Shown here: positions 36,853 to 48,195 of the stretch, one piece after another
Layout of the letters: every line of letters begins with the position of its first letter
Numbering within the stretch: the stretch's first letter is position 1
From: Escherichia coli
GTDB lineage: Bacteria > Pseudomonadota > Gammaproteobacteria > Enterobacterales > Enterobacteriaceae
DNA length: 64,000 nucleotides
Assembly: GCF_044647545.1 (NCBI RefSeq)
Contig: NZ_CP172818.1
Reading direction: 5' to 3' (one strand)
Notes under the pieces: generated by a model
The model's input: the letters and a program-made list of their open reading frames with translations, nothing else
What the model was told of the DNA's origin: nothing
The model's database searches: none
Translations under genes and position numbers: made by a program

Positions 36853-37475
36853 CTAACGGGAATCATCACCACTTTGCGCACTGCGGGGCGTTCAGTGAGT
36901 TGCTGATACCAGCGTTGCAGATTTGGACGCGGTGTCCAGGTCAGGCCAACATTAAACAAATTGTAGATGAACGGTGCGATAGCGATATCGCCCACACCAA
37001 ACTCGTCGCCGGAGAACCATTTTACTTTTGCCAGTTCCGCATCGAGCAGGGCAAACAGGGCGTCGCACTCTTTACAACTGGCATCAATGGCGGCCTGATC
37101 GCGCTCTTCCGGTGGTGTTCTGACTAATCCCATCAGGATCCCGCGATGGGCATTACTGAGCGTCTGGTTTGCCCAGTCCATCCATTTTTCTGCTTCCGCA
37201 CGACGTGCCGGTGAGTCGATCCACAGGCGTTTTTGCCCGTACTGTGCCGCCAGATAGCGGACAATGGCGTTTGATTCCCAAAGAATGAGATCACTTTCGT
37301 CGTCACGCAACAATGGCACCAGCCCGTTAGGGTTCATCGCCAGAAAATCAGCATCGTGATTTATCCCAAACTCACGGCCCGCGAGAATTTGCTCATAAGG
37401 TAGTTCCAGTTCTTCGAGCGTCAGCAATACTTTTTTTACGTTGGTTGAATTATTCCGACCCCACAGCGTAATCAT
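36849..37475 (-). CDS. gstB: Glutathione S-transferase
   Basis: ORF 36849..37481; the recognised GstB N-terminus [16 protein letters not shown] begins at 37475 (208 aa). Confidence 0.9.
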
Positions 37476-37721
37476 ACTCACCCCTTTTCCGACAGGCAGC
37501 CACAGGCTGAACAGGACTTTGATGGTGAAGTAAAGTTAACTTTTAAGCAACAGCTGGCAAAAAAATGACAACAGAAGCAGCGAAGCGGCAGGATATTGCA
37601 TAAACTTTAAAAACTTTACCAACTTACGGTTTCTTTAAGTTTGTGTGTGCGTTATTAATCACCGAACTTATCATACGGCGATATAACGTATTTTTTTTGA
37701 ATGGATACTCGGGTGGCATTT

Positions 37722-38924
37722 ATGACGCAATACTCCTCTCTCCTTCGTGGTCTTGCAGCGGGTTCTGCATTTTTATTCCTTTTTGCCCCAACGGCATTCG
37801 CGGCCGAACAAACCGTTGAAGCGCCGAGCGTGGATGCGCGTGCATGGATTTTAATGGATTACGCCAGCGGTAAAGTGCTGGCAGAAGGCAATGCGGATGA
37901 GAAACTGGATCCCGCGAGCCTGACTAAAATCATGACCAGCTATGTGGTTGGGCAGGCGCTTAAGGCCGATAAGATTAAACTCACCGATATGGTGACGGTC
38001 GGTAAAGATGCCTGGGCGACGGGAAATCCGGCACTGCGTGGTTCATCGGTAATGTTCCTCAAACCGGGCGATCAGGTTTCGGTGGCAGACTTGAACAAAG
38101 GTGTGATTATCCAGTCCGGTAATGACGCCTGTATTGCGCTGGCCGATTACGTTGCCGGGAGCCAGGAGTCATTTATTGGTTTGATGAATGGTTATGCCAA
38201 AAAACTGGGTCTGACCAACACTACCTTCCAGACGGTGCACGGTCTGGATGCGCCGGGGCAGTTCAGTACCGCGCGCGATATGGCATTGCTGGGTAAAGCA
38301 TTAATCCACGATGTGCCGGAAGAGTATGCCATTCATAAAGAGAAAGAGTTCACCTTCAACAAAATTCGTCAGCCTAACCGTAACCGTCTGCTGTGGAGCA
38401 GCAATCTGAATGTTGATGGCATGAAGACAGGAACCACTGCAGGCGCGGGATATAATCTGGTTGCTTCGGCTACCCAGGGTGATATGCGTTTAATCTCCGT
38501 AGTGCTGGGGGCGAAAACTGACCGTATCCGTTTTAATGAGTCTGAGAAATTATTGACCTGGGGTTTCCGCTTCTTTGAAACCGTGACGCCAATTAAACCT
38601 GATGCCACCTTTGTGACTCAGCGCGTCTGGTTTGGTGATAAGAGCGAAGTGAATCTCGGGGCAGGCGAAGCGGGCTCAGTGACCATACCGCGTGGGCAGC
38701 TGAAAAACCTGAAAGCGAGCTACACGTTAACGGAACCGCAGCTTACCGCACCGCTGAAAAAAGGTCAGGTTGTCGGGACCATTGATTTCCAGCTTAACGG
38801 TAAATCCATTGAGCAGCGTCCGCTGATCGTGATGGAAAATGTGGAAGAGGGCGGATTCTTTGGTCGGATGTGGGATTTCGTGATGATGAAATTCCATCAG
38901 TGGTTCGGCAGCTGGTTCTCTTAA
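37722..38924 (+). CDS. dacC: D-alanyl-D-alanine carboxypeptidase PBP6
   Basis: ORF 37701..38924; the recognised start is [14 protein letters not shown] at 37722; signal peptide and the SxxK active-site motif (SLTKIM) are present. Confidence 0.95.
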   Translation: MTQYSSLLRGLAAGSAFLFLFAPTAFAAEQTVEAPSVDARAWILMDYASGKVLAEGNADEKLDPASLTKIMTSYVVGQALKADKIKLTDMVTVGKDAWATGNPALRGSSVMFLKPGDQVSVADLNKGVIIQSGNDACIALADYVAGSQESFIGLMNGYAKKLGLTNTTFQTVHGLDAPGQFSTARDMALLGKALIHDVPEEYAIHKEKEFTFNKIRQPNRNRLLWSSNLNVDGMKTGTTAGAGYNLVASATQGDMRLISVVLGAKTDRIRFNESEKLLTWGFRFFETVTPIKPDATFVTQRVWFGDKSEVNLGAGEAGSVTIPRGQLKNLKASYTLTEPQLTAPLKKGQVVGTIDFQLNGKSIEQRPLIVMENVEEGGFFGRMWDFVMMKFHQWFGSWFS

Positions 38925-38970
38925 TTTTGTGATAACCGGATGGCGCGAAACGTCATCCGGTTATACGTCA

Positions 38971-39729
38971 TTAATACATCAACTTAATACGCTGCGTCTG
39001 CGCGTACTTCACATACTCATCTTCCGGGCAACAATCGCTCACTACAATATCAAAGCGTTTCAGGTCACCCATGCGTGCCGGACGCACCTTGCCAAATTTA
39101 CTGTGGTCGACAACCAGCACATGCTTTTGCGCCATCGACATGGCCCAGTGTTTTACCGGCAACTCTTCAAGATTAAAACAGGTAGCGCCCTTACTGACAT
39201 GCACCCCCGCCGCGGAATAAAAAGCGATATCCGGGCAAAAATTATTCAGCGTTTGCTGAAAATCGATGGGTTTGAAAATGGCGTTGCTGGCGTGAAATTC
39301 ACCACCGCAAAGAAACGCGCGGCAATGAGGTTTCTCTTTCAGTGCCAGAAAGGTATTTAGCGAATAACAAACGGCGGTGAAAGGGATTTCATTATCAATC
39401 GCTTCAATAATCCACGGTGTGGTGGTGCCACAGTCAAAAAAGAGGGTCTGATCGGGTTCTACCAGCGTCGCAGCCAGTTTTGCCGCCCGGCGTTTTTCTT
39501 CCACCAGGCGGGATTTTTGATCGCTTAGCAGGTAATGGCTGGCGCTGCGCGGTTCCAGAACAATATAGCCGCCGAGCAAAACGACGGGCGCACTGTGGTT
39601 GTTCAGATCGCGACGAATCGTCATCTCCGAAACCCCAAGCAGGGCGGCGGCGTCTTTAAGATGTAACTTATCGCTGCGTTTTAATTCTTGCAGCAGCTGC
39701 CCGATACGCTCTTCGCGACGTGTTTCCAT
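38971..39729 (-). CDS. deoR: DeoR transcriptional repressor of the deo operon
   Basis: 252-aa ORF with an N-terminal HTH and a DeoR-type C-terminal domain; matches DeoR. Confidence 0.95.
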   Translation of the reverse strand: METRREERIGQLLQELKRSDKLHLKDAAALLGVSEMTIRRDLNNHSAPVVLLGGYIVLEPRSASHYLLSDQKSRLVEEKRRAAKLAATLVEPDQTLFFDCGTTTPWIIEAIDNEIPFTAVCYSLNTFLALKEKPHCRAFLCGGEFHASNAIFKPIDFQQTLNNFCPDIAFYSAAGVHVSKGATCFNLEELPVKHWAMSMAQKHVLVVDHSKFGKVRPARMGDLKRFDIVVSDCCPEDEYVKYAQTQRIKLMY

Positions 39730-39786
39730 AATCCCTCTGAATAGTTATTGAAGCGAGCCGCTCAATACTACACTTTTTAGCAGAGA

Positions 39787-40383
39787 TCAGTCACGCACCC
39801 AGCCTTTGCGGATCGGTAATGCAAAACAGAAGCGATACCACGATTGCAGACGTTGATAGAGTTTATGCCCCATCGCTTGCCAGATAATCTGGGCGCTAAG
39901 GCAGCCAATCATACCTGCCAGCAATCCACCGAGCATATCCAGCGGCCAGTGGACGCCAAGATAAACGCGCGACCAGGCAATGACGACGGCCAGCACCATT
40001 AAAAGTGAGCCGGACCACAGGCGATGCCAGCATAAAAATGCCAGTGCAAAGGTGAAAATCACCGTACCGTGATCGCTCGGGAATGAGTCATCCGCCGCAT
40101 GATGCAGGAAGTTATAGCCGATATTTTCGACAAAGGGTCGGTCGTGCGGAAAAAGATGTCCCATCGTCCAGGACACCAACAGGCTGACCGCCAGCGCGAT
40201 AGCGATTTTTATCACCAGTTGCCGTTGTGCTGTAAGCCCCCACAACCAAAGTACCGCGGCCAGCAGCGGCACCACGGTAATCAAATCTTTAGCAATAAAA
40301 ATCGCCAACGAGATCATCCACGGCGCAGAGTCTGGCGTCGCGTTAATAAGAGAGAATAGAGAGAGATTCAAATTTTCCAGCAT
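39787..40383 (-). CDS. ybjG: Undecaprenyl-pyrophosphate phosphatase (PAP2 family)
   Basis: ORF 39787..40398; the recognised start is MLENLNLSLF at 40383; PAP2 motifs (PSDHG, SRVYLGVHWPLD). Confidence 0.9.
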   Translation of the reverse strand: MLENLNLSLFSLINATPDSAPWMISLAIFIAKDLITVVPLLAAVLWLWGLTAQRQLVIKIAIALAVSLLVSWTMGHLFPHDRPFVENIGYNFLHHAADDSFPSDHGTVIFTFALAFLCWHRLWSGSLLMVLAVVIAWSRVYLGVHWPLDMLGGLLAGMIGCLSAQIIWQAMGHKLYQRLQSWYRFCFALPIRKGWVRD

Positions 40384-40667
40384 AACTTCCCGACGCAAAG
40401 TGATTAAAAGGGAGCCAATACAGGCAAGTCGTTGAGAATAAAGTGCAGGTTAAACTGGGTAAAGCGGCATCGTCTTATTTCCCTCAAGCGGCCTGTTTAC
40501 GGTGGGTGATTGTAACGGGCATAGGTTAAATAAAACTTAAAGAAAGCGTAGCTATACTCGCAATAATGTAAGAATGTGCTTAACCGTGGTTTCAGCTACA
40601 AAATTTGCTTTCTCGTTAGCTGCGCTTTTATTAAACTTTGCGCGATTATTATTGGCGAAGAAATTGC

Positions 40668-41900
40668 ATGCAAAATAAATTAGCTTCCGGTGCCAGGCTT
40701 GGACGTCAGGCGTTACTTTTCCCTCTCTGTCTGGTGCTTTACGAATTTTCAACCTATATCGGCAACGATATGATTCAACCCGGTATGTTGGCGGTGGTGG
40801 AACAATATCAGGCGGGCATTGATTGGGTTCCTACTTCGATGACCGCGTATCTGGCGGGCGGGATGTTTTTACAATGGCTCCTGGGGCCGCTGTCGGATCG
40901 TATTGGCCGCCGTCCGGTGATGCTGGCGGGAGTGGTGTGGTTTATCGTCACCTGTCTGGCAATATTACTGGCGCAAAACATTGAACAATTCACCCTGTTG
41001 CGCTTCTTGCAGGGCATAAGCCTCTGTTTCATTGGCGCTGTGGGATACGCCGCAATTCAGGAATCCTTCGAAGAGGCGGTTTGTATCAAGATCACCGCGC
41101 TGATGGCGAACGTGGCGCTGATTGCTCCGCTACTTGGTCCGCTGGTGGGCGCGGCGTGGATCCATGTGCTGCCCTGGGAGGGGATGTTTGTCTTGTTTGC
41201 CGCATTGGCAGCGATCTCCTTTTTCGGTCTGCAACGAGCCATGCCTGAAACCGCCACGCGTATAGGCGAGAAACTGTCGCTGAAAGAACTCGGTCGTGAC
41301 TATAAGCTGGTGCTGAAGAACGGTCGCTTTGTGGCGGGGGCGCTGGCGCTGGGATTCGTTAGCCTGCCGTTGTTGGCGTGGATCGCCCAGTCGCCGATTA
41401 TCATTATTACCGGTGAGCAGTTGAGCAGCTATGAATATGGCTTGCTGCAAGTGCCTATTTTTGGGGCGTTAATTGCGGGTAACTTGCTGTTAGCGCGTCT
41501 GACCTCGCGCCGCACCGTACGTTCGCTGATTATTATGGGCGGCTGGCCGATTATGATTGGTCTGTTGGTCGCTGCTGCGGCAACGGTTATCTCATCGCAC
41601 GCGTATTTATGGATGACCGCCGGGTTAAGTATTTATGCTTTCGGTATTGGTCTGGCGAATGCGGGACTGGTGCGATTAACCCTGTTTGCCAGCGATATGA
41701 GTAAAGGTACGGTTTCTGCGGCGATGGGGATGCTGCAAATGCTGATCTTTACCGTCGGTATTGAAATCAGCAAACATGCCTGGCTGAACGGGGGCAACGG
41801 ACTGTTTAATCTCTTCAACCTTGTCAACGGCATTTTGTGGCTGTTGCTGATGGTTATCTTTTTAAAAGATAAACAGATGGGAAATTCGCACGAAGGGTAA
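40668..41900 (+). CDS. mdfA: Multidrug efflux MFS transporter MdfA (Cmr)
   Basis: ORF 40638..41900; the recognised start is [20 protein letters not shown] at 40668 (410 aa); 12-TM MFS protein. Confidence 0.95.
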   Translation: MQNKLASGARLGRQALLFPLCLVLYEFSTYIGNDMIQPGMLAVVEQYQAGIDWVPTSMTAYLAGGMFLQWLLGPLSDRIGRRPVMLAGVVWFIVTCLAILLAQNIEQFTLLRFLQGISLCFIGAVGYAAIQESFEEAVCIKITALMANVALIAPLLGPLVGAAWIHVLPWEGMFVLFAALAAISFFGLQRAMPETATRIGEKLSLKELGRDYKLVLKNGRFVAGALALGFVSLPLLAWIAQSPIIIITGEQLSSYEYGLLQVPIFGALIAGNLLLARLTSRRTVRSLIIMGGWPIMIGLLVAAAATVISSHAYLWMTAGLSIYAFGIGLANAGLVRLTLFASDMSKGTVSAAMGMLQMLIFTVGIEISKHAWLNGGNGLFNLFNLVNGILWLLLMVIFLKDKQMGNSHEG

Positions 41901-41940
41901 AAAAATGCCTGATTGCTTTGTGCGATCAGGCATTCTCAAA

Positions 41941-42225
41941 TTAATGGTGATGGTCGTCAATCTGGTGTTCGATAACCATCCCTTCACCTACGCTGGCAAG
42001 ATGGCGAACATAAGGATGCGGGCGGTAAGCCGGAGCTGGCGCAGGAGCCACATAGACGGTTTGCGGCACAGTCGCGACGCTGACCGCTTGTGGAACACTG
42101 ACTGAATCAGGAACCACAACCACTTTGTATCCACTCGGCACATCGACGGTGACACTTTGCGCCATCGCCACACCAGTAAAGCCCATTAAAAGCGCGCCCA
42201 ACAGTAGACAATTTTTCATAATCAT
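41941..42225 (-). CDS. ybjH: Small secreted protein of unknown function (DUF1471-like)
   Basis: 94-aa ORF with a signal peptide (MIMKNCLLLGALLMGFTGVAMA); position matches ybjH. Confidence 0.8.
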   Translation of the reverse strand: MIMKNCLLLGALLMGFTGVAMAQSVTVDVPSGYKVVVVPDSVSVPQAVSVATVPQTVYVAPAPAPAYRPHPYVRHLASVGEGMVIEHQIDDHHH

Positions 42226-42310
42226 TTCGCCTGAAATAATGCAGCGGGTTAATTTCCGCGAATTATGCAGCCTTCATTCAGGCATTGTGTTGCCGGGCGT
42301 GCTGCCGTTT

Positions 42311-43126
42311 TTATTGGTTAAATGGCGCTTCGTGTTTAAGAACTTTATCGATCACATCCAGTACGCCTTCACGGTTATTGGAGCCTGCCCGGTATTTTGC
42401 TGCTGCGACGACCGCGCTGCCGGCATTTTCCATTGCAAAACTAAAGCCTGCCTGACGCAGCATCTCAATATCGTTACCGCCATCGCCAAAGACCACCACT
42501 TCGCTGTCGTCTATTCCCCATAATTTCTGCAGTTGGCGAAGGCCATTGGCTTTATGTACGCCGGGGATAATCAGATCGATGCTGCCGTTGCCGGTGTGGA
42601 CCGGCACCATAATATCGCCGATGGCCTCATGTAATGCTTTTTGTACTTGTGGAATCAGTTCATCAGAAAGATTCAGGCCAAACTTAAAGAAGATATCTTC
42701 TAAGTTGTCAAAGTTATCGACGTATTCCAGACGGTGATAATACATTTCCGCCACCGTTTTCATGGCATCGTCATATTTTTTGAGGGTATAGGCGCTATTT
42801 TTTCCGCAGGCAATAATTTCCACTTCCGGGCGCGTCAGCAAATGTTCCACGACAGTAGCAAACGCATCTTTCGACAGCTCGCCATTAAAAACATCTTTGC
42901 CTTCGCTCACTACCCAGCCGCCGTTTTCAGCCACAAAGGCAATTTCATTAGCAATTTCAGGGAAGAAAGAGATCAACTGATAATATTGATTCCCGCTGGC
43001 GACCACAAAGCGAATGCCTTGTGCTTTCATTTGCTGATACTGAGCCATAAACCGCTCACGGTTATAGGTTTTTTGATCGCTTAAGAAAGTACCATCCATG
43101 TCTACCGCAATTAATTTAATGCTCAT
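42311..43126 (-). CDS. ybjI: HAD-superfamily phosphatase (Cof subfamily)
   Basis: ORF with the HAD motif I (IAVDMDGTFL); paralogous to ybiV in this window; matches YbjI. Confidence 0.9.
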   Translation of the reverse strand: MSIKLIAVDMDGTFLSDQKTYNRERFMAQYQQMKAQGIRFVVASGNQYYQLISFFPEIANEIAFVAENGGWVVSEGKDVFNGELSKDAFATVVEHLLTRPEVEIIACGKNSAYTLKKYDDAMKTVAEMYYHRLEYVDNFDNLEDIFFKFGLNLSDELIPQVQKALHEAIGDIMVPVHTGNGSIDLIIPGVHKANGLRQLQKLWGIDDSEVVVFGDGGNDIEMLRQAGFSFAMENAGSAVVAAAKYRAGSNNREGVLDVIDKVLKHEAPFNQ

Positions 43127-44334
43127 CAACTATTCTCCATCGCCGTCTGCGTTTTGGTATCGGGTTTGGCGACGGCTTTCGCGACAATAGCCGCGAGAAT
43201 AACCAGCGCCAGTACAACCATCATTGCACTACGTAATCCATAATGTTCGCCGAGATAGCCCAGCAGCGGCGGCCCGACGAGGAAAGCCAGATAACCGGTC
43301 GTAGCTACCACGCTGACGCGGGTTGGTGCATCGGGGCCGGTATCGCTGGCGGCAGAAATGGTCAGAGGGAAGCCCAGCGAGGCACCCAGTCCCCAAAGTA
43401 CAACAGACACCCCAGCGACCCAGGCGCTATCGACAAAAATAATCAGGCCAATACCCAACGCTCCCATTAGTGCACTGGCCCGAACCACGGCAACGCGACT
43501 GTAACGGTCGATGAACCAACCGCCGGTAAAGCGTCCAACAGTCATCCCCAGGGTAAAACCGGCATAAATCAGCGAGCCGGAAGTAGGGCTAAAACCGTGA
43601 CCGTCAACCATTAATAAGGGTAACCAGTCGTTGGCAGAACCTTCGGCAAAGGCCATCGCCAGCACCACAACACCAATCAGCAGCAACTGGATATCCCGAT
43701 AAAAAGGTACGCCTTTTTCACCATGCTGGGTGCCATCGGCAGCATTTTTGCCCGTACCGTCAGGGATTGCCTGAATGGCGATATAAATAGGCGCGATGCC
43801 TACCAGCGCCGCCAATAAAATGTGCACCGTTGCCGGAACGCCAAAGGCCGTCAGTGCCATCCCGACACCAGCGCCTGCCAGCGTGCCCAGGCTATAAAAA
43901 CCGTGCATCATCGGCAAAACCGTCTTATTCATTTCTCGCTCAACGGCAGCACCTTCAACGTTTATCGCCACTTCCGCAGAACCAAAACTTGCCCCAAAGA
44001 CGCCGAGACCAACCGCGAAGAGCAGGGGCGATGTCAGCCAGAGTGCCAGGCTTAGTATCATCATCCCAATCAATGCGCAGGACATCGTCACAAGGATGAC
44101 ATTACGCGTCCCAAAGCGTTTCACTAACCACGCCGAGCAGAGAATACCGCTCATCGAACCGATCGACAGACCAAAGAGAACACCGCCCATTTCAGCGATC
44201 GAGACAGAGAGAATATCGCGGATAGCAGGCGTACGGGTTGCCCAGGACGCCATTAACAGGCCTGGCAAAAAGAAGAACATAAACAGCGCCCAGGTTCGGC
44301 GTTTCAATGCATTACGTGAAGAATTTACGGTCAT
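43126..44334 (-). CDS. ybjJ: Putative MFS transporter
   Basis: Track ORF 43126..44397; the likely true start is [21 protein letters not shown] at 44334; polytopic membrane protein; matches YbjJ. Confidence 0.85.
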   Translation of the reverse strand: MTVNSSRNALKRRTWALFMFFFLPGLLMASWATRTPAIRDILSVSIAEMGGVLFGLSIGSMSGILCSAWLVKRFGTRNVILVTMSCALIGMMILSLALWLTSPLLFAVGLGVFGASFGSAEVAINVEGAAVEREMNKTVLPMMHGFYSLGTLAGAGVGMALTAFGVPATVHILLAALVGIAPIYIAIQAIPDGTGKNAADGTQHGEKGVPFYRDIQLLLIGVVVLAMAFAEGSANDWLPLLMVDGHGFSPTSGSLIYAGFTLGMTVGRFTGGWFIDRYSRVAVVRASALMGALGIGLIIFVDSAWVAGVSVVLWGLGASLGFPLTISAASDTGPDAPTRVSVVATTGYLAFLVGPPLLGYLGEHYGLRSAMMVVLALVILAAIVAKAVAKPDTKTQTAMENS

Positions 44335-44417
44335 AGACCACGTCAAAATAAGAAGAGGGAAGACAACATTAGCAAGATTGTGTACATTTGTACACAATTG
44401 TAGAGAGAGGAAATGAC

Positions 44418-44954
44418 ATGCGTCGCGCTAACGATCCGCAACGGCGAGAAAAAATTATCCAGGCCACGCTGGAGGCGGTGAAACTTTATGGAATACATGC
44501 TGTTACACACCGCAAAATTGCTACCCTTGCCGGGGTACCGTTGGGATCGATGACTTACTATTTTTCAGGAATTGATGAGTTGTTGCTGGAGGCGTTCAGC
44601 CGTTTTACTGAGATCATGTCCCGGCAATATCAGGCATTTTTTAGCGATGTTAGTGATGCTCCGGGCGCATGCCAGGCTATCACCGATATGATCTACAGCT
44701 CACAGGTTGCAACGCCGGATAACATGGAGCTGATGTACCAGCTCTACGCGCTGGCTAGCCGAAAACCGCTATTAAAAACGGTAATGCAAAACTGGATGCA
44801 GCGCAGTCAGCAAACGCTCGAACAATGGTTTGAACCCGGAACCGCCCGCGCGCTTGATGCGTTTATTGAGGGGATGACGCTGCATTTTGTCACCGACCGT
44901 AAGCCGCTATCGCGCGAGGAGATTTTGAGGATGGTTGAGAGGGTTGCAGGGTAG
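44418..44954 (+). CDS. rcdA: TetR-family transcriptional regulator RcdA
   Basis: Track ORF 44388..44954; the recognised start is [19 protein letters not shown] at 44418; TetR-type HTH. Confidence 0.9.
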   Translation: MRRANDPQRREKIIQATLEAVKLYGIHAVTHRKIATLAGVPLGSMTYYFSGIDELLLEAFSRFTEIMSRQYQAFFSDVSDAPGACQAITDMIYSSQVATPDNMELMYQLYALASRKPLLKTVMQNWMQRSQQTLEQWFEPGTARALDAFIEGMTLHFVTDRKPLSREEILRMVERVAG

Positions 44955-44973
44955 TAGATAAATTTCAGGCAAC

Positions 44974-45052
44974 AAAAAACCCACCAACCTTGAACCGAAA
45001 TGGCGGGGTTGATGGGCTCCACAAAATGGGGACATCAAAGAAAAGCAGTGGC
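44974..45052 (-). ncRNA. rybB: RybB small RNA (sigmaE-dependent, Hfq-binding; represses outer membrane protein mRNAs)
   Basis: The reverse complement reads gccactgcttttctttgatgtccccattttgtggagcccatcaaccccgccatttcggttcaaggttggtgggtttttt, matching RybB as I recall it, including the terminator hairpin and U-tail; located between rcdA and ybjL as in K-12. Confidence 0.85.
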
Positions 45053-45128
45053 ACTAATTAAGACTGATGCCCTGCGGAAAAGTTCTGCGGTTGTGCAAAA
45101 AAATTTCATTTTCAGGGCAACTTCAGTT

Positions 45129-46814
45129 TTATCCTAATCCTGGCCATACCATGACGATGATTGTCCCTGCTAGCGTCAGCAGGACGTTGGCGATTGCATA
45201 GGTGCCCGCATAGCCCAGCGCCGGGATGTTACTGCGAGCTGTATCACTGATGATCTCCATTGCCGGCGCGCAGGTGCGTGCGCCCATCATTGCGCCGAAC
45301 AACAGTGCGCGGTTCATTCGCAATACATAAGCACCGAACAAGAAGCAGATAACCACTGGCACCAGACTGACAATCAATCCGGCAATCAACATTTGACCGC
45401 CAATCGCGCCCAGGCCGTTATTAATACCGCTACCGGCGCTCAGACCAACGCCTGCCATAAACACCATCAAGCCGAACTCTTTCACCATGCTTAATGCACC
45501 TTGCGGAATGTAACCGAAGGTCGGGTGGTTAGCACGCATAAAGCCCAGCATAATTCCGGCGAATAACAACCCGGCAGCGTTCCCCATGCCGAAACTGAAT
45601 GTGCTGAACTGGAAGGTGATCATCCCGATCATCAGCCCAATAACAAAGAAGGCGCAGAATGCCAGCAAGTCAGTGACCTGGCTGTGAATCGAGATAAAGC
45701 CGATGCGATCGGCGATGGTTTTTACGCGACGGGCATCGCCGCTGACTTGTAAAACGTCACCTTTGTTAAGCACGACGTTGTCATCAATCGGCATCTCAAT
45801 CTGGCTACGAATGACGCGGTTAAGGAAGCAACCGTGATCGGTCAACTTCAGTTGTGCGAGACGTTTGCCTACAGCGTTATGGTTTTTAACGACCACTTCT
45901 TCAGTGACGATACGCATGTCGAGAAGGTCACGATCGAAAACTTCTTTGCCATTACGGAAACTGGGATCGAGTCGGGCGTGGGCGTCGGGGTAGCCTACCA
46001 ACGCTATTTCATCGCCCATTTGTAGCACGGCATCACCGTCTGGATTTGCCAGAATCCCGTTACGCCGAATACGTTCAATGTAACAGCCAGTTTGTCGATA
46101 AATACCCAGTTCACGCAGATTTTTGCCGTCGGTCCAGGCCACCAGCTCCGGGCCGACGCGGTAGGCGCGGATCACCGGTAAATAAACCTTACGGTTGGCA
46201 TCAGTGTCCAGGCCACGTTCGCGGGCGATTTGCTGGGCGCTGGTCTGTAAGTCCTGATGCTGCAATTTCGGCAAGTAACGCGCACCAACAATCAAACTCA
46301 CCAGACCGATTAAATAGGTTAAGGCATATCCGAGGCTCAGATTATCCAGCGCCAGTGAGAGCTGCCTGCTTTCCATACCGGAATGACGCAGTGTATCGCC
46401 AGCACCGACCAAAACCGGTGTTGACGTCATAGAGCCTGCTAACATACCGGCCGTCAGGCCAATATCCCAGCCAAACAGCTTACCTAACCCTAAGGCGATG
46501 ACCAGCGCACTGCCAACCATCACCAGTGCTAACATTAGGTAATTTTTCCCATCGCGAAAAAAAATGGAAAAAAAGTTCGGTCCGGCTTCGACCCCGACGC
46601 AGAAAATAAACAGCATAAAGCCAAGATTAAGCGCGTCGGTGTTAATGCTGAAATGTTGTTGGCCTAATAACAGCGATACGACTAAAACGCCAATGGAATT
46701 ACCCAGTTGGATCGAACCAAGTCGTAATTTCCCGAGACATAGCCCAAGCGCGAGGACCACAAATAATAACAGAATGTAATTCCCATTTAACAATTCGGCG
46801 ACGTTTATATTCAC
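45129..46814 (-). CDS. ybjL: Putative transporter with duplicated membrane domains and central TrkA-C/RCK-C domains (AAE family)
   Basis: 561-aa intact ORF; matches YbjL. Confidence 0.9.
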
Positions 46815-47083
46815 GGAGGCTAACTTCTTGTTTACTAGTAAGCTGTTGAAAGAAATGGTAATTTACGATAATGTTTTTTACCAGAATTCAGGGCGCAGAT
46901 TCATTCAGCGCACCTAAACGATAGTAAAGTAACAATATATTTTACTAGTGTAATCACATTAGGTATCAACGGCTATATGAATTGCGTTGGCCTATATTAG
47001 CATGGAATGCGAAGCGGCTTTATCTTACTGAACGCCACACTGGCGAAAAATGTGTTCGATAGACGCAGTGTCAGGAGGAACGA

Positions 47084-47461
47084 GTGAAACATAAACAACG
47101 TTGGGCGGGGGCAATCTGCTGTTTTGTCCTCTTCATTGTGGTGTGCCTTTTTCTGGCGACGCACATGAAAGGCGCTTTTCGGGCTGCCGGGCATCCTGAA
47201 ATCGGCTTGCTGTTTTTCATTCTTCCTGGAGCAGTTGCCAGCTTCTTTTCACAGCGTAGAGAAGTCCTGAAACCTCTGTTTGGCGCAATGCTGGCGGCAC
47301 CCTGTTCAATGCTTATTATGCGGCTGTTTTTTTCACCGACGCGCTCATTCTGGCAAGAGCTGGCATGGTTATTAAGTGCGGTGTTCTGGTGTGCGCTGGG
47401 GGCACTGTGTTTCTTATTTATCAGTAGTTTGTTTAAACCACAGCACAGAAAAAATCAATAA
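47084..47461 (+). CDS. ybjM: Inner membrane protein YbjM
   Basis: 125-aa hydrophobic ORF; position matches ybjM. Confidence 0.85.
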   Translation: MKHKQRWAGAICCFVLFIVVCLFLATHMKGAFRAAGHPEIGLLFFILPGAVASFFSQRREVLKPLFGAMLAAPCSMLIMRLFFSPTRSFWQELAWLLSAVFWCALGALCFLFISSLFKPQHRKNQ

Positions 47462-47485
47462 AGCCCTCAACGCGAGGGCTTGTCA
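47461..47485. terminator. Hairpin terminator between convergent ybjM and grxA
   Basis: aagccctcaacgcgagggctt: perfect 8-bp stem with a 5-nt loop, sitting between the two stop codons. Confidence 0.6.
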
Positions 47486-47490
47486 GACGA

Positions 47491-47748
47491 TCAGGCGTCC
47501 AGATTCTCTTTCACCCATGCAGCAAAATCGGTATAGCCGCCGATATGTTGCTGATCGACAAAAATCTGCGGCACGGTTTCTACGGGTTTACCTGCCTTTT
47601 GTTGTAGATCTTCTTTAGTGATCCCTTCCGCACGAATATCTACATACTGATACTGAAAATCATCGCGTTCATTGCTCAATTTCTCAGCCAGATCTTTTGC
47701 ACGCACACAGTAAGGGCAACCCGGACGACCAAAAATAACGGTTTGCAT
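47491..47748 (-). CDS. grxA: Glutaredoxin 1
   Basis: Track ORF 47491..47763; the recognised start is MQTVIFGRPGCPYCVRAK (CPYC active site) at 47748; 85 aa. Confidence 0.95.
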   Translation of the reverse strand: MQTVIFGRPGCPYCVRAKDLAEKLSNERDDFQYQYVDIRAEGITKEDLQQKAGKPVETVPQIFVDQQHIGGYTDFAAWVKENLDA

Positions 47749-47907
47749 TATTTCTCTCCTCATAGATTTATGCCTGTAATGATCACGCTAAAATGTATTC
47801 GCTGAAAGTAGGTTTAACCTGTTGCATTAATTGCTAAAAGCTATAACTGTTAAACACAATACGGTGAAAAGTTTTAGACTGAAGGCTCATTTTGCAGAGG
47901 GAAGCGT

Positions 47908-48195
47908 ATGCGCGCGATCGGTAAATTGCCTAAAAGCGTGTTGATACTGGAATTTATCGGAATGATGTTGCTGGCGGTGGCGCTGCTGTCGGTAAGCGGC
48001 TCCCTGTCGCTGCCTGAGCCATTTTCTCGGCCAGAAGTGCAGATTCTGATGATTTTTCTCGGTGTTTTGCTCATGCTTCCCGCTGCGGTGGTGGTTATTC
48101 TTCAGGTGGCAAAACGTCTTGCCCCACAGCTGATGAACCGCCCAACGCAATATTCACGTTCAGAAAGAGAAAAAGATAATGACGCCAACCATTGA
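47908..48195 (+). CDS. ybjC: Small membrane protein YbjC (co-transcribed with nfsA)
   Basis: 95-aa ORF with two predicted TM segments; overlaps the nfsA start. Confidence 0.85.
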   Translation: MRAIGKLPKSVLILEFIGMMLLAVALLSVSGSLSLPEPFSRPEVQILMIFLGVLLMLPAAVVVILQVAKRLAPQLMNRPTQYSRSEREKDNDANH

